Shown one piece after another: positions 10,301 through 19,532 of a DNA stretch of 64,000 nucleotides. Both the position numbers and the translations under genes were made by a program. The notes under the pieces are model-generated. The model was given only the letters and a program-made list of their open reading frames with translations. It was not told the origin of the DNA and searched no databases. The stretch is taken from NCBI GenBank assembly GCA_965214045.1, contig OZ243935.1:2663231-2727230 (forward strand), read 5' to 3'. The DNA is from Candidatus Poribacteria bacterium. Its GTDB lineage: Bacteria > Poribacteria > WGA-4E > WGA-3G. How positions within the stretch are numbered: position 1 is the first letter of the stretch; every line of letters starts with the position of its first letter.

Positions 10301-11008
10301 CTCAAGTGCGGTCGGGATCCGTTCTCTCAATGCCTCTACTTCGATCTGAGCAGTATGTGGCGGTAAAACAACCCGTTTGTCGGCATCAATAAGTTGGGTA
10401 TCCAAGTTGATTTGCTGCAAGTCGCTGATTTCGGGATAAATATTGGGGTGGAGTTCAACATCGCCGCCTCCGCTTGCCTGATTTTCGGTCGTTAAGTAGC
10501 AGACATAGAGGTTCGATGCTGCGGAAATCTGGAAGGCACAGTTAATCCAGTCCTTAAGTTCCTGAAATGTACCAGGTTCAATCAGGGGTGTTTGGACGTG
10601 CCGTGCCAAAAATCGGGAGTCAGCAGGCACCTGCGTGCTGTGCGACCATGTGTCGTCACCAACAACCACAACGGCACCACCCGTTGTTCCTGCAAGGTTA
10701 CTAATCGCCAGAGAATCAGAAGCGACATGGAAGCCGACGCTTTTCATAAACGTAATCGCGCGGACATCAGCCATCTGCGAACCATTGAGTCGCGCGATAC
10801 TCAATGCCTCGTTGTTGGCTATCTGCGCGACGATGCCGTTGGTCTTCAACAACTCGGCATTGCGTTCGATAATGTCAAATACTTCGGCGATTGGAGAGCC
10901 TGGATAACCTGTGAGAAGGCTGACACCACTCTCTAAGGCACCCTTAACTAACAACTCGCATCCAGTATAGACATGCGTTCCACTGGCTTGTGTAAACCTT
11001 TCGTCCAT
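7358..11008 (-). CDS. Indolepyruvate ferredoxin oxidoreductase family protein, fused alpha+beta subunits
   Basis: GYPGSP, RTPTFCPGCPH, GDIGC, TPP motif GDSTFFHGG, ferredoxin Cys motifs, GVGGMG beta domain, IKDEVYVAHL C-terminal domain. Confidence 0.9.
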   Translation of the reverse strand: MDERFTQASGTHVYTGCELLVKGALESGVSLLTGYPGSPIAEVFDIIERNAELLKTNGIVAQIANNEALSIARLNGSQMADVRAITFMKSVGFHVASDSLAISNLAGTTGGAVVVVGDDTWSHSTQVPADSRFLARHVQTPLIEPGTFQELKDWINCAFQISAASNLYVCYLTTENQASGGGDVELHPNIYPEISDLQQINLDTQLIDADKRVVLPPHTAQIEVEALRERIPTALETARNLGLNAIQFMGETSGRKKHRLGFVSAGLAYSCLRHALRELQLDGEIPILKLGMTYPIDTNIIREFAAQVDEIYVIEEKRPLLENEIKAFITHEYQNGDIDQYVNVWGKQFPNGMAGIPVTSGLDASILIQKLIPLLKHLLGTGVSSQQSAVSKEMLEPSKSSSPKTIVPKIDLEHLSREETLQRQVSEQHIDIPQRTPTFCPGCPHRDSSSVFLEITQQFMDVDYMKKHHGSGPVDLVFHGDIGCYSMLKYEPFPRLMHNLSAMALGGGAGAGIDPFIKNKQVVFMGDSTFFHGGIAAISDSIKNNQDIAYIILDNQTTAMTGHQPTPADEFDLLGNPTFAQDIEQVAQGLTGNSEIEIVRTNPEDRVNYKKYLEKTILKPGVKIIIADKECAITHHRRVRREQRQTIAKDGFLKYEKHINITHEVCEFCRECTTVTGCPGLKIVDTDYGEKIAIDQSTCVSDGACARIKYACPAFEEVIVTRKRPPKKQITEFGNSELLSDKPLPPPPLKTFEGSWNMYAAGVGGMGIGTISKVLVVAGYLQGYNVTFCDRKGLAIRNGGVYTHIAYMQPGVHASPMIPYGKADLLLGLDILEAVRGITAHSLFRIASPNRTAAVVNTAKTETITTLIGKDDFDPETLEAELQTYTNADAYFGTDLFTVSERLFGNTLYANMMLLGTAFQRQLIPLELEPLQLALKQMVPHADLDINMKAFTVGRRLALEHTGSLVDASSENPLATYTEMLSAKQQILRKKRNGKRLAREYVTLIESIIASLNLNSDSIHRTLALYIYDLIQFEDINYARIYAEKIKQVHAHDSETYHYRATQVAIRYLHKVMLIKDEVYVAHLLTSEEKLQRDKELYKVDTANGDKIRYVHLNRPHFTVMGLDFESDIDTRNWQLHLMKRMKFLRRWLPEWHAKEKAFREWYITRVIDTFSPADTETYERHLQALECVEEVRGYREIRYPKMEMVKQTVEGLLEK

Positions 11009-11016
11009 TTTTTTGT

Positions 11017-11173
11017 TGGTTATCGGTTCGGGTTGCTACGCAACCCTTTCAGTTATCAGTTATCAGTTAAGAGGTGTTTTTGCTTGGGGTTGCGGATTTC
11101 CCCTCGTTTAACAAAACCCTCTTTTAACCGACGACCGACAACCGACAACCGACAACCCTTCCTCCGATAACTA
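11017..11173. repeat. Heptamer-flanked palindromic element (family A)
   Basis: tggttatcgg...(tcagtta)x3...(ccgacaa)x3...ccgataacta; the terminal CTA is the recN stop codon. Confidence 0.75.
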
Positions 11174-12919
11174 TTCCGCTGACAGCAGTTCTCGCGCATG
11201 GGCAAGTCCGATTTCCGTTTCTTCACCACCGTGCATTCGGGCGATTTCATTAACCTGTTCTTCTGCAGTCAACGGTTTTGCCGTAATCAGTGTACGCTCG
11301 CCAACTACCTTCTTGTCAACCCGAAAATGTCTATCTGCAAAACGGGCGATCTGTGGCAAGTGTGTAATGCAAATAACCTGTGAGAATGCTGAGAGTTCCT
11401 TCAACTTTTTGCCAACTACGTCTGCAACCTTGCCGCCAATACCACTGTCGATTTCGTCAAAGAGCAGCGTAGGAATCTCATCAGCTTGAACAAGCACTGT
11501 CTTTAACGCGAGCATGATACGTGATATCTCACCACCTGAGGCAATTCTGGCGATCGGACGCGCTTCGGATCCTACATTCGGCGCAATTAAGAATTCTACA
11601 TCGTCCATCCCGTCAGAGCGGAAGGCATAACGTTTCCCGTCTATCTGAAACGGTCCACGGTCATCCGGTATATGCCGAACAGACGCATGAAATTCCGCTT
11701 TGTCCATACCGAGTGTACGGAGTTCCTTCTCAATCCGTTCTGAAAGATGCTTCGCAACATGCTGCCGTTTCGCGGAGAGCGTAGTGCATAGACGCTGTGC
11801 TTCTTGAATCGTTTTATCGATTTCCGTCTGCAGCAAATCCTGTTTCTCTGTACCGAGTTGTAACGTCTCTAATTTTTGCTCTGCATCGGCGTGATACGCC
11901 AATATCTCTGGAATAGAGTTGCCGTAACGCCGTTTGAGTTTCGCTATCGACGCTAATCGATCGGTCACTTCGTCCAGTCGCAACGAGTTCGATTCCACCG
12001 TTTCCGTATAGTGACGAACCTGTGAAGCGATGTCCTCCAATTCATAGAGCGATGATGCCAGGCGATCTCCCAATTCTGAGAGACTCTCATCGATTTCGGA
12101 CAGTTTTATGAGTTCCTTCACAGCATCTCTCAAGCGTTCAAGGGGACTACCGAAACTTCCCGTATCAGAACCGCCGCTATCGAGTTGTTGGTACACATGA
12201 GCCGCGGACTTACGCAATGCCTCTGCGTTCTTAAGGATACGCGCCTCATCCGCCAATTTTTCGTCCTCGCCTTCCTCCAGATGTACCGAAGTCAGTTCTT
12301 TAATTTCAAATTCAAGGAGTTCCTTTTCCCGTTCTGACGCTTTCAAGATTTCCGTGAGGGATGCCGCTTCTTGTTGTAGCGCGCGTAGTTGCGAGTATAT
12401 TTTGCCAATGTGTTGTCGCGCCTCACTGTTGCCACCGAAATCGTCTAAGAGTTTAAGGTGCGTTTGTGTTCTAAATAACGATTGATGCTCGTGTTGACCG
12501 TGGATATCTACAAGGAATGTTCCGAGTGCTTGCAACTGCTTCAAATTCACCAAACGTCCATTAACTTGGCTGCGACTTCTACCGCTCGATGTGATTCTTC
12601 TGGAGAGGATCACTGTGTCCGATGGATCCAATACATCACTAAGGGCACCTTTCAACATCGGATCAGCAGTTTCGTCCGAGTCTGTGTGCCAGATTGGATG
12701 CGCATCGTCGGGGGCAAGGCTCACCTCCACCTCCGCAAACTCGGTGTCTTCGCGTACAATATCAGCAGAGGTCCTCTCACCCAGTACCAATCCGATCGAC
12801 TTGAGGATAACCGACTTGCCAGCACCTGTTTCACCAGTGAAGATATTTAACCCCGGTGCCAAGTCCAGGTCCAGTTCATCTATAAGGGCAATGTTGCGAA
12901 TAGAGAGTGTTTCTATCAT
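11171..12919 (-). CDS. recN: DNA repair protein RecN
   Basis: TGETGAGKS, DIHGQHEHQ, ASGGEISR, FDEIDSGIGG, ITHLPQ. Confidence 0.97.
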   Translation of the reverse strand: MIETLSIRNIALIDELDLDLAPGLNIFTGETGAGKSVILKSIGLVLGERTSADIVREDTEFAEVEVSLAPDDAHPIWHTDSDETADPMLKGALSDVLDPSDTVILSRRITSSGRSRSQVNGRLVNLKQLQALGTFLVDIHGQHEHQSLFRTQTHLKLLDDFGGNSEARQHIGKIYSQLRALQQEAASLTEILKASEREKELLEFEIKELTSVHLEEGEDEKLADEARILKNAEALRKSAAHVYQQLDSGGSDTGSFGSPLERLRDAVKELIKLSEIDESLSELGDRLASSLYELEDIASQVRHYTETVESNSLRLDEVTDRLASIAKLKRRYGNSIPEILAYHADAEQKLETLQLGTEKQDLLQTEIDKTIQEAQRLCTTLSAKRQHVAKHLSERIEKELRTLGMDKAEFHASVRHIPDDRGPFQIDGKRYAFRSDGMDDVEFLIAPNVGSEARPIARIASGGEISRIMLALKTVLVQADEIPTLLFDEIDSGIGGKVADVVGKKLKELSAFSQVICITHLPQIARFADRHFRVDKKVVGERTLITAKPLTAEEQVNEIARMHGGEETEIGLAHARELLSAE

Positions 12920-13049
12920 GATAGTTGTCAGTTATGAGTTATCAGTTTTCAGTTAGAGACGGATGCGATAACCCGAAGGGAATACCTAAGCAAAACACCG
13001 CTCTTTGCTGATGGTTGATTGCTGATGGCTGACGGTTTCCGATAGCTAT
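12920..13049. repeat. Heptamer-flanked palindromic element (family A)
   Basis: atagttgtcagttatgagttatcagttttcag ... gctgatggctgacggtttccgatagctat. Confidence 0.7.
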
Positions 13050-13052
13050 TTT

Positions 13053-13943
13053 CTATGTCTGTTTAATCCTCTCACCTAACATTAGCTTTTCACGCAAGGC
13101 TCTATAGTAACTATGGTGCTGCGAACGGATGAGTTGAATGGTTCGATCTGCTTTTTTCACTCTTATGACTGCCCCAGCAGTGAGGCTGTGTGTTTCACGT
13201 TGCCCATCTACAAAAACGTCTACACTCTGATATGCCGCACGCATTTTGACAGTTATTTCCGCATCACCATCGGCGATAAAAGGACGCACTGTTAAGCTAT
13301 GCGGTGCGATGGGGTTCAGCAGAATCGCTTCCAATTGCGGTGATATGATAGTCCCTGCACAAGAAAGCGAATATCCAGTCGACCCGCTCGGCGTTGCGAT
13401 GATCAGTCCATCAGCATTATACGGTATAAACAGTTCCCCATCAACGTAAGCATCTAATTCGATAAGCCGTGTATAGTGCCGTATCACAACATCGTTGAGT
13501 GCGAAAGCCCGAAACGGTTGTGGACCTTGGCTCGCTTGGGCTTGGCTGTTCACAATAATCTCTAACATCATCCGATGTTCTATCCGATAAGCACCCGTCA
13601 AAAGAGCATTCAGTGTCGGGTAGAGTTCATCAAGTGATGCGTCCGTCAAAAATCCGAGCGTGCCGATGTTGATCGCTAAGATAGGCACATTTTCAATCTT
13701 GGACGTATGCGCTGCACTCAGGAGCGTGCCATCTCCACCAAGGACGAGAAGTACATCTGCTTGCTCTACTACCTCTGTTTTGGAAATACCGGTTTGGGGG
13801 AATTCCAACTCAATCGCTTGTTCCTCTGGTAGAAGCGGGATAATACCTCGCTCTTGAAGCCACGCAGACACGCCTTCGACGACACCCACCGCGTTTGCTT
13901 TGGTAGTATTGACAAATAAACCGACGTTTTTTATTTTCTTCAT
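13053..13943 (-). CDS. nadK: NAD kinase
   Basis: LGGDGTLL, GTLGFL, ALNDVV, ADGLIIATPSGSTGYSLS; adjacent to recN. Confidence 0.96.
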   Translation of the reverse strand: MKKIKNVGLFVNTTKANAVGVVEGVSAWLQERGIIPLLPEEQAIELEFPQTGISKTEVVEQADVLLVLGGDGTLLSAAHTSKIENVPILAINIGTLGFLTDASLDELYPTLNALLTGAYRIEHRMMLEIIVNSQAQASQGPQPFRAFALNDVVIRHYTRLIELDAYVDGELFIPYNADGLIIATPSGSTGYSLSCAGTIISPQLEAILLNPIAPHSLTVRPFIADGDAEITVKMRAAYQSVDVFVDGQRETHSLTAGAVIRVKKADRTIQLIRSQHHSYYRALREKLMLGERIKQT

Positions 13944-13949
13944 TACTTT

Positions 13950-14042
13950 AATGGTTATCAGTTATCGGTTGTCAGTTGTCGGTTAAAAGCGGTTTATGGC
14001 AGGCAAAACTTTGTAACCGCCACACGCCCTACCGAAAACCAT
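13950..14042. repeat. Heptamer-flanked palindromic element (family A)
   Basis: aatggttatcagttatcggttgtcagttgtcgg ... ccgaaaaccatt. Confidence 0.65.
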
Positions 14043-14047
14043 TCCAT

Positions 14048-15079
14048 CTAATTCTCCAAACGCGTGAATAGATATATGACGCCACAACCGACAAGAAAAG
14101 CCGCCATAGTAATAAGCAGGTTCATATCAAGTTGTGGTAAGATGTGAGCCGTATCTATCCGTTCCCCATCTATCATTGCGAATTCGCGAAAGGGCCATAA
14201 CCCGTAGAGTGAACCCACCATCAGCCCGATGAGAAAAGTGATCGTCAAGTTACGATAGCGTTCCAACAGGTAGTTGAGCAACCGTGTAAATGCTAAGAGT
14301 CCAAACAGACATCCAATTGCTGTGAAACTAATGATGAGTAAGCTTCCCGACATCGACGGCTCGAAAATACCTTTGAACACTGCTGGGATACTCTCTAATA
14401 TTGTGTTTATTGCCGTCAAGAGAGGAAAATAGACACCGAGAGCGAGCATCAGAAACGAACCACTGATACCGGGCAAAATCATCGCCGAAATCGCTAGCGC
14501 ACCGCTCCCGAGAAAGATCGCGAGTTCCCAATACGTTGGCAACCCAGTTCCGCGTTCGGAGACCTCGCTATCCATCGTTGTCTCCATTCCAGACTTATAC
14601 GCCACCCGATCTAACTGTTTTTCGGTCGTCCCGATAGACAAACTGAATATCAGCGCGATAGCAATCAATAGTGCTAACAATTCTTTCCAACCGAACGCCT
14701 TTAGCATGCGCATCGGTATCAGGATAGAGATCAGGATGAGTCCGCTAAAGAAGCCGTAAGTCGCATCGTGGTGATAGTTCAACAAATAGACAATCAGTTT
14801 GGATGTGAGCAGGATAGCCGCTATCGCACCGCTTCCTAACAGTGATAGAAATCCGAAATCAATACGACGGAGTTCTGCCTTTGCTGCTGCCAGAGCGTTT
14901 TTTCTTAAGGTCGCGCCGCCTAATAGTTTTTTTGCCGTTGAGAGTCCGATACACCGTAATGCACCGATGAGCCGTTCATAGATACCTAAAACGAGGGCAA
15001 GCGTCCCACCGCTCATGCCGGGGATGATGTTGGCGATGCCTATCAGAAAACCGTTAATAAAGAGCCGGAGTGAATCCAT
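14048..15079 (-). CDS. DUF368 family membrane protein (putative undecaprenyl-phosphate translocase)
   Basis: GIANIIPGMSGGT and AMILPGISGS repeats, multi-TM. Confidence 0.9.
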   Translation of the reverse strand: MDSLRLFINGFLIGIANIIPGMSGGTLALVLGIYERLIGALRCIGLSTAKKLLGGATLRKNALAAAKAELRRIDFGFLSLLGSGAIAAILLTSKLIVYLLNYHHDATYGFFSGLILISILIPMRMLKAFGWKELLALLIAIALIFSLSIGTTEKQLDRVAYKSGMETTMDSEVSERGTGLPTYWELAIFLGSGALAISAMILPGISGSFLMLALGVYFPLLTAINTILESIPAVFKGIFEPSMSGSLLIISFTAIGCLFGLLAFTRLLNYLLERYRNLTITFLIGLMVGSLYGLWPFREFAMIDGERIDTAHILPQLDMNLLITMAAFLVGCGVIYLFTRLEN

Positions 15080-15084
15080 ATTTT

Positions 15085-15200
15085 ATAGTTGTCAGCTGTC
15101 AGCACGGATTTTTCCAAAAATCCTTTCAGCCCTCAGTCATAAGAGGTCTTAGAACTCTCGTATTCTTCTTTTGCCTGACTGCTGGTTGCTGATAGCCATC
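15085..15200. repeat. Heptamer-flanked palindromic element (family A)
   Basis: atagttgtcagctgtcag ... ctgactgctggttgctgatagccat. Confidence 0.7.
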
Positions 15201-15214
15201 CCCGCCGAAAACCC

Positions 15215-15877
15215 TTATAAACTACGTAATAACAATCTTGTGAAGAGCCACATCTCTCGAAGCGGTTTAATATAGCTGACCTCATCGCCGTACCGTGTCT
15301 GAATCGGCAAACTTTCAATCCGGAACCCGAGGCGTCCTGCTTTTATCAGCAGTTCAGATTCCGTTTCATAACGCTCTGTTTCCAAGTGAACCTGTCTCAG
15401 AACCTCATCACGAATCAGCCGATATCCTGATTGAAAATCGGGTACCTGTTGCCCACATAACTTTGAACCGACATAAGAAATTAAGTAGTTATTCATCCGT
15501 CTATGCAGCGGCATTGAGGTCCGAAAATCCTGTGTTGCTCTTGCGCCAATGAGTATATCGGGACGTGTATTGTTAAAGTGTTCCAGAAAACGAGGTATAT
15601 CCGCAGGCTGATGTTGTCCATCGCTATCCATGGTGAAAACCAGTTCGTATCCGTGCTTAAGGGCATAGGCAAACCCTTTTCGTAAGGCGTTCCCTTTCCC
15701 ACAGTTCGTGGTGTTCGACAGACAGACTGCCCCGCATGCCGCTGCGATCTCTGCTGTTTCATCTGATGAACCGTCGTTAATGACAACAATGGCATTGATA
15801 AACTCAGAGGATTCCTGAATTATCTGTCCAATTGTTTTAGATTCATTGTAAGCCGGTAACAGCAGACATGTTTTCAT
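15215..15877 (-). CDS. Glycosyltransferase family 2 (DPM synthase-like)
   Basis: PAYNE, DGSSD, GKGNAL, DSDGQH, DFQSGYR. Confidence 0.92.
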   Translation of the reverse strand: MKTCLLLPAYNESKTIGQIIQESSEFINAIVVINDGSSDETAEIAAACGAVCLSNTTNCGKGNALRKGFAYALKHGYELVFTMDSDGQHQPADIPRFLEHFNNTRPDILIGARATQDFRTSMPLHRRMNNYLISYVGSKLCGQQVPDFQSGYRLIRDEVLRQVHLETERYETESELLIKAGRLGFRIESLPIQTRYGDEVSYIKPLREMWLFTRLLLRSL

Positions 15878-15889
15878 ATTTCTGACATT

Positions 15890-15918
15890 ATTATACTCTA
15901 AAAACGATTTTCTGTCAA
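15890..15918 (-). promoter_or_regulatory. Consensus sigma70 promoter for the GT2-DUF368-nadK-recN run (near-leaderless transcript)
   Basis: Perfect TTGACA-17 nt-TATAAT; the -10 box lies only 13 nt from the ATG at 15877 and no SD is visible. Confidence 0.7.
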
Positions 15919-15940
15919 ACGATTATATGTCTGTTTTCAC

Positions 15941-15969
15941 TTGCAGTCTGCAGTAAATTTGTGTATAAT
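15941..15969 (+). promoter_or_regulatory. Sigma70-type promoter of the RM gene
   Basis: TTGCAG-17 nt-TATAAT with extended TG; SD AAGGAG before ATG 16009. Confidence 0.6.
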
Positions 15970-16008
15970 ACTTCACATAAATTGATGAATTAAGGAGACA
16001 GCACAAGG

Positions 16009-19000
16009 ATGCGAAACATCAAAGCGACGCACAAACCGATAAAAACCTTTTACACCGAGCTCAAACAATACGAAAGTCTCGGTGCAACAAATGAGACCGA
16101 AGTCCGACTCGCCTTTGCAACACTCCTCCAACACTATGCCCGTCAAAACAATCTAACCCTTATCTGTGAAAAATCGATCCGGACATCTCAAGATAACATA
16201 ATTTATGTTGATGGTATGCTCACCGATAACAACTTTGGCTTGCCTCGCGGTTACTGGGAAGCGAAGGATCTCCATGACAATCTCATCACGGCAGTTAAAC
16301 AGAAATTTGATGCTGGCTACCCACAGGATAACATTCTCTTTACAACCCAAGAACGTGCCATCCTTTATCAGGATGGACAAGAGGTCATGGCTGTAGACAT
16401 CCCTGATCCAAACGCGTTTATCCGAGTGCTTCACGCCTTCTTCGGTTACGAACCAGTAGAGATCGCCAACTGGGAACGTGCTGTCGTTGAATTCAAGGAC
16501 AAAGTGCCGGCACTCGGCAAACGTGCAGCGGCGTTAATCAAAAAAGAAGAGGACACCAATGCCCGGTTTCAGGAGGCATTTACCGACTTCCACCGCCACT
16601 GTCAGGAGGCGATTAATCCCAACCTCGCGAAAGCTGCCGTGGAGGAGATGCTCATCCAACACCTTTTGACAGAGGAAATCTTCTCCACTGTTTTTGACAA
16701 TCGAGATTTTACACGCCGAAATATTATCGCACGCGAAATTGAAAATGTGATTGACGCCCTTACAGAACACGCCTATAACCGCGCCGAATTCCTCCGAGAA
16801 CTCGCTCCCTTCTACAGTGCAATTCAACGCGCCGCTGCAACGTTTATTGACTTCTCTCAGAAACAACACTTTCTCAATACCGTGTATGAGCAGTTTTTTC
16901 AAGGGTTCTCCGTCAAGGTAGCAGATACACACGGTATCGTTTATACGCCACAGCCAATTGTCAATTTCATGGTGAAAAGCGTCTCACATCTACTTGAAAC
17001 CGAGTTTGGACGTTCACTTTCAGACACAGGGGTTCACCTTATCGATCCCTTTGTTGGCACGGGTAACTTCATCGTGCGGCTCATACAAGAAATCGATAAA
17101 ACCGCGCTCAAGGGAAAATATAGTGATGAACTTCACTGTAATGAGGTGTTGTTGATGCCCTACTACATTGCGAGTATGAACATTGAGCATGAATTCTACG
17201 TTGCCACGAAACAGTATCAGCCTTTTGATAACCTCTGTCTTGTGGATACGTTTGATTTGACAACAGAGCGTCAGTTATCCATGTTCGCACCAGAGAACAC
17301 CCGTAGAGTTGAAAAACAAAAACAGACGGAGATGTTCGTGGTAATTGGCAATCCACCCTATAATGCGCGGCAGATGGACGAAAACGATGCCAATAGGAAT
17401 CGGAAGTATCCCGAACTGGATAAACAGATTCAAGAAACTTATGCTCAAGCCTCCAAAGCAACGAACAAAACATCACTCTATGATCCCTATGTCAAAGCGA
17501 TTCTCTGGGCATTGGATCGGATTGATGGGAAAGGAATTGTCGCATTTGTAACCAACCATAACTTTATCACCGGTCAAGCGTTTGATGGCATGCGGAAACA
17601 CCTCGCTGATGCGTGTGATGCGATCTATCTGCTGGATTTGGGAGGCAATGTCCGTAAAGGGCATGCTGGAGATTCCAACGTCTTTGACATTCAGGTGGGT
17701 GTGAGTATCAACTTGTTTGTAAAGACCAGTCAGGACAAGGACGAGGTGGCAAAGTCTGCCCATATTTTTTACAACGGTGAGACAGCGGAGATGAGCAAAG
17801 AGGGAACGTTTGACTTTCTGGAGGCGTGTGAACACATCGGGAATGTCAACTGGGATTCCATTCAACCCGATGCGCGATACACATGGCTCACCGAGGGACT
17901 CCGTGAGGAGTTTGAGACCTTTCTGCCGATAGGGAGTAAACAAGCGAAAGCAAAAAGGGGTAAGGTTTCGGGTGTAATTTTTCATCAATTCAGCAGTGGG
18001 GTAAAGACGAACCGCGATGCATGGACGATTAACTTTGACCGAGATACACTCACAACGAATGTCCAGAGAATGATAGAAATCTATAATGCACAGGTGTTTA
18101 AGTGGCAAGGAATCGCGGATCAGTCTGGTATAGATATTGATGATTTTGTGGAGTACGACGACACGAAAATTAGTTGGAGTCGCGACTTAAAGGCAAAACT
18201 ACGGACAGGTAGAATTGCTGAATACCACGAACATAAAGTGAGAACTTGTCTCCACCGTCCGTTTGCCAAAAGCAATATTTTCTTCGACAGAATCCTCAAT
18301 GATGTTGTATATGTGTTTCCTTCAATTTTTCCTACCGCTGAAGCCGAAGCAGAGAATCGGGTAATCTGTGTTCCAAACATAAGTGGACGCACAGATTTTT
18401 GGTGCTACATCACAAATGTTATTCCGCATACTGTCTTTGTCACCATTGATGCCAATCAATGCTTTCCCTTCTACATCTACGACGAAGACGGCACGAACCG
18501 ACGACAAAACATCACAGATTGGGCGTTGACGCAATTCCGGGAACATTATAGAGACGAGAAAATCACCAAGTGGGATATTTTCCACTATACCTACGCACTC
18601 TTGCATCATCCCACATATCGCGAGCGGTATCAGGTGAACCTCAAGCGGGATTTACCACATATCCCGTTCGTACCTAAGTTTTGGGAATTTGTCGAGGCGG
18701 GGAAGCGATTGGCAGAAATTCATGTCCACTACGAAGACCAACCCCAGTATAAGTTAGATCTGATTGAAACACCGGATATGCCGCTCGATTGGCGTGTGGA
18801 GCAGATGAAGTTCTCCAAAGACAAAACACAGATTCGATATAACGATTTTCTCACATTGGCGGGGATTCCCGCGGAGGTGTTCCAGTATCGGTTAGGAAAT
18901 CGTTCAGCGTTGGAGTGGGTGGTCGATCAGTATCGCGTGAAAACGGATAAACGGAGCGGCATTGAGAACGATCCGAATCGTGCAGATGATGAGGAATATA

Positions 19001-19095
19001 TCGTAGATCTGATACGGAAGGTCGTCAGTGTGAGTTTGGAGACGGTGCGGATTGTTGATGGGTTGTTGGGGTTAGATATTGGCAGGGAGGCGTAG
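16009..19095 (+). CDS. Single-chain restriction-modification enzyme: nuclease + N6-adenine MTase + type ISP-like specificity domain, no helicase (type IIG/IIL-like)
   Basis: N-terminal VDG...YWEAKD nuclease-like motif; GIVYTP, motif I DPFVGTGNF, motif IV GNPPY; C-terminus like the LlaBIII TRD (GVKTNRDAW, NITDWAL, YRLGNRSALEW). Confidence 0.88.
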   Translation: MRNIKATHKPIKTFYTELKQYESLGATNETEVRLAFATLLQHYARQNNLTLICEKSIRTSQDNIIYVDGMLTDNNFGLPRGYWEAKDLHDNLITAVKQKFDAGYPQDNILFTTQERAILYQDGQEVMAVDIPDPNAFIRVLHAFFGYEPVEIANWERAVVEFKDKVPALGKRAAALIKKEEDTNARFQEAFTDFHRHCQEAINPNLAKAAVEEMLIQHLLTEEIFSTVFDNRDFTRRNIIAREIENVIDALTEHAYNRAEFLRELAPFYSAIQRAAATFIDFSQKQHFLNTVYEQFFQGFSVKVADTHGIVYTPQPIVNFMVKSVSHLLETEFGRSLSDTGVHLIDPFVGTGNFIVRLIQEIDKTALKGKYSDELHCNEVLLMPYYIASMNIEHEFYVATKQYQPFDNLCLVDTFDLTTERQLSMFAPENTRRVEKQKQTEMFVVIGNPPYNARQMDENDANRNRKYPELDKQIQETYAQASKATNKTSLYDPYVKAILWALDRIDGKGIVAFVTNHNFITGQAFDGMRKHLADACDAIYLLDLGGNVRKGHAGDSNVFDIQVGVSINLFVKTSQDKDEVAKSAHIFYNGETAEMSKEGTFDFLEACEHIGNVNWDSIQPDARYTWLTEGLREEFETFLPIGSKQAKAKRGKVSGVIFHQFSSGVKTNRDAWTINFDRDTLTTNVQRMIEIYNAQVFKWQGIADQSGIDIDDFVEYDDTKISWSRDLKAKLRTGRIAEYHEHKVRTCLHRPFAKSNIFFDRILNDVVYVFPSIFPTAEAEAENRVICVPNISGRTDFWCYITNVIPHTVFVTIDANQCFPFYIYDEDGTNRRQNITDWALTQFREHYRDEKITKWDIFHYTYALLHHPTYRERYQVNLKRDLPHIPFVPKFWEFVEAGKRLAEIHVHYEDQPQYKLDLIETPDMPLDWRVEQMKFSKDKTQIRYNDFLTLAGIPAEVFQYRLGNRSALEWVVDQYRVKTDKRSGIENDPNRADDEEYIVDLIRKVVSVSLETVRIVDGLLGLDIGREA

Positions 19096-19115
19096 CGTTT
19101 CTTCGCTCTTGTTTT

Positions 19116-19144
19116 TTGATAATTAATCTTTTCTATGGTATAAT
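19116..19144 (+). promoter_or_regulatory. Sigma70 promoter of the higB-chimera-vapC operon
   Basis: TTGATA-17 nt-TATAAT with extended TG. Confidence 0.65.
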
Positions 19145-19206
19145 AACTGGAATGGACGATCTTAATGTAACTGAATAGAGGAGCAGATATTTCCTGAAAA
19201 TACCTA

Positions 19207-19529
19207 ATGCAGATCATTGGACGAAGAAAACTGGACAAATTTGCCCAGAAACATTCAACTGCTAGACGTGTACTTCAGCGATGGTATGCATTGATGGAGG
19301 AAGAAAACTTTGAGTCTTTTGTTAATTTGCGTGAAACGTTTCCTCAAGCAGACCCCGTGCCAATAAGGGCAGGAAAGTTTACTCAGACAAGCGAAAAGAC
19401 GACCTTGACAGTCTTCAACATTGGTAGGAACGTACGCCTTATTGCATTTATGAATATACAGAACAGACAGTCTCTATTAGGCACGTGCTCACGCACGGTG
19501 AGTATATGAGAGACAAGTGGAAGAGGTAA
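19207..19529 (+). pseudogene. higB: HigB family mRNA interferase toxin, frameshifted near 19450
   Basis: MQIIGRRKLDKF...LRETFPQAD...TVFNIG..VRLIAF; the canonical end EYTEQTVSIRHVLTHGEYMRDKWKR* is in another frame with TAA at 19527-19529. Confidence 0.8.
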
Positions 19530-19532
19530 ATT

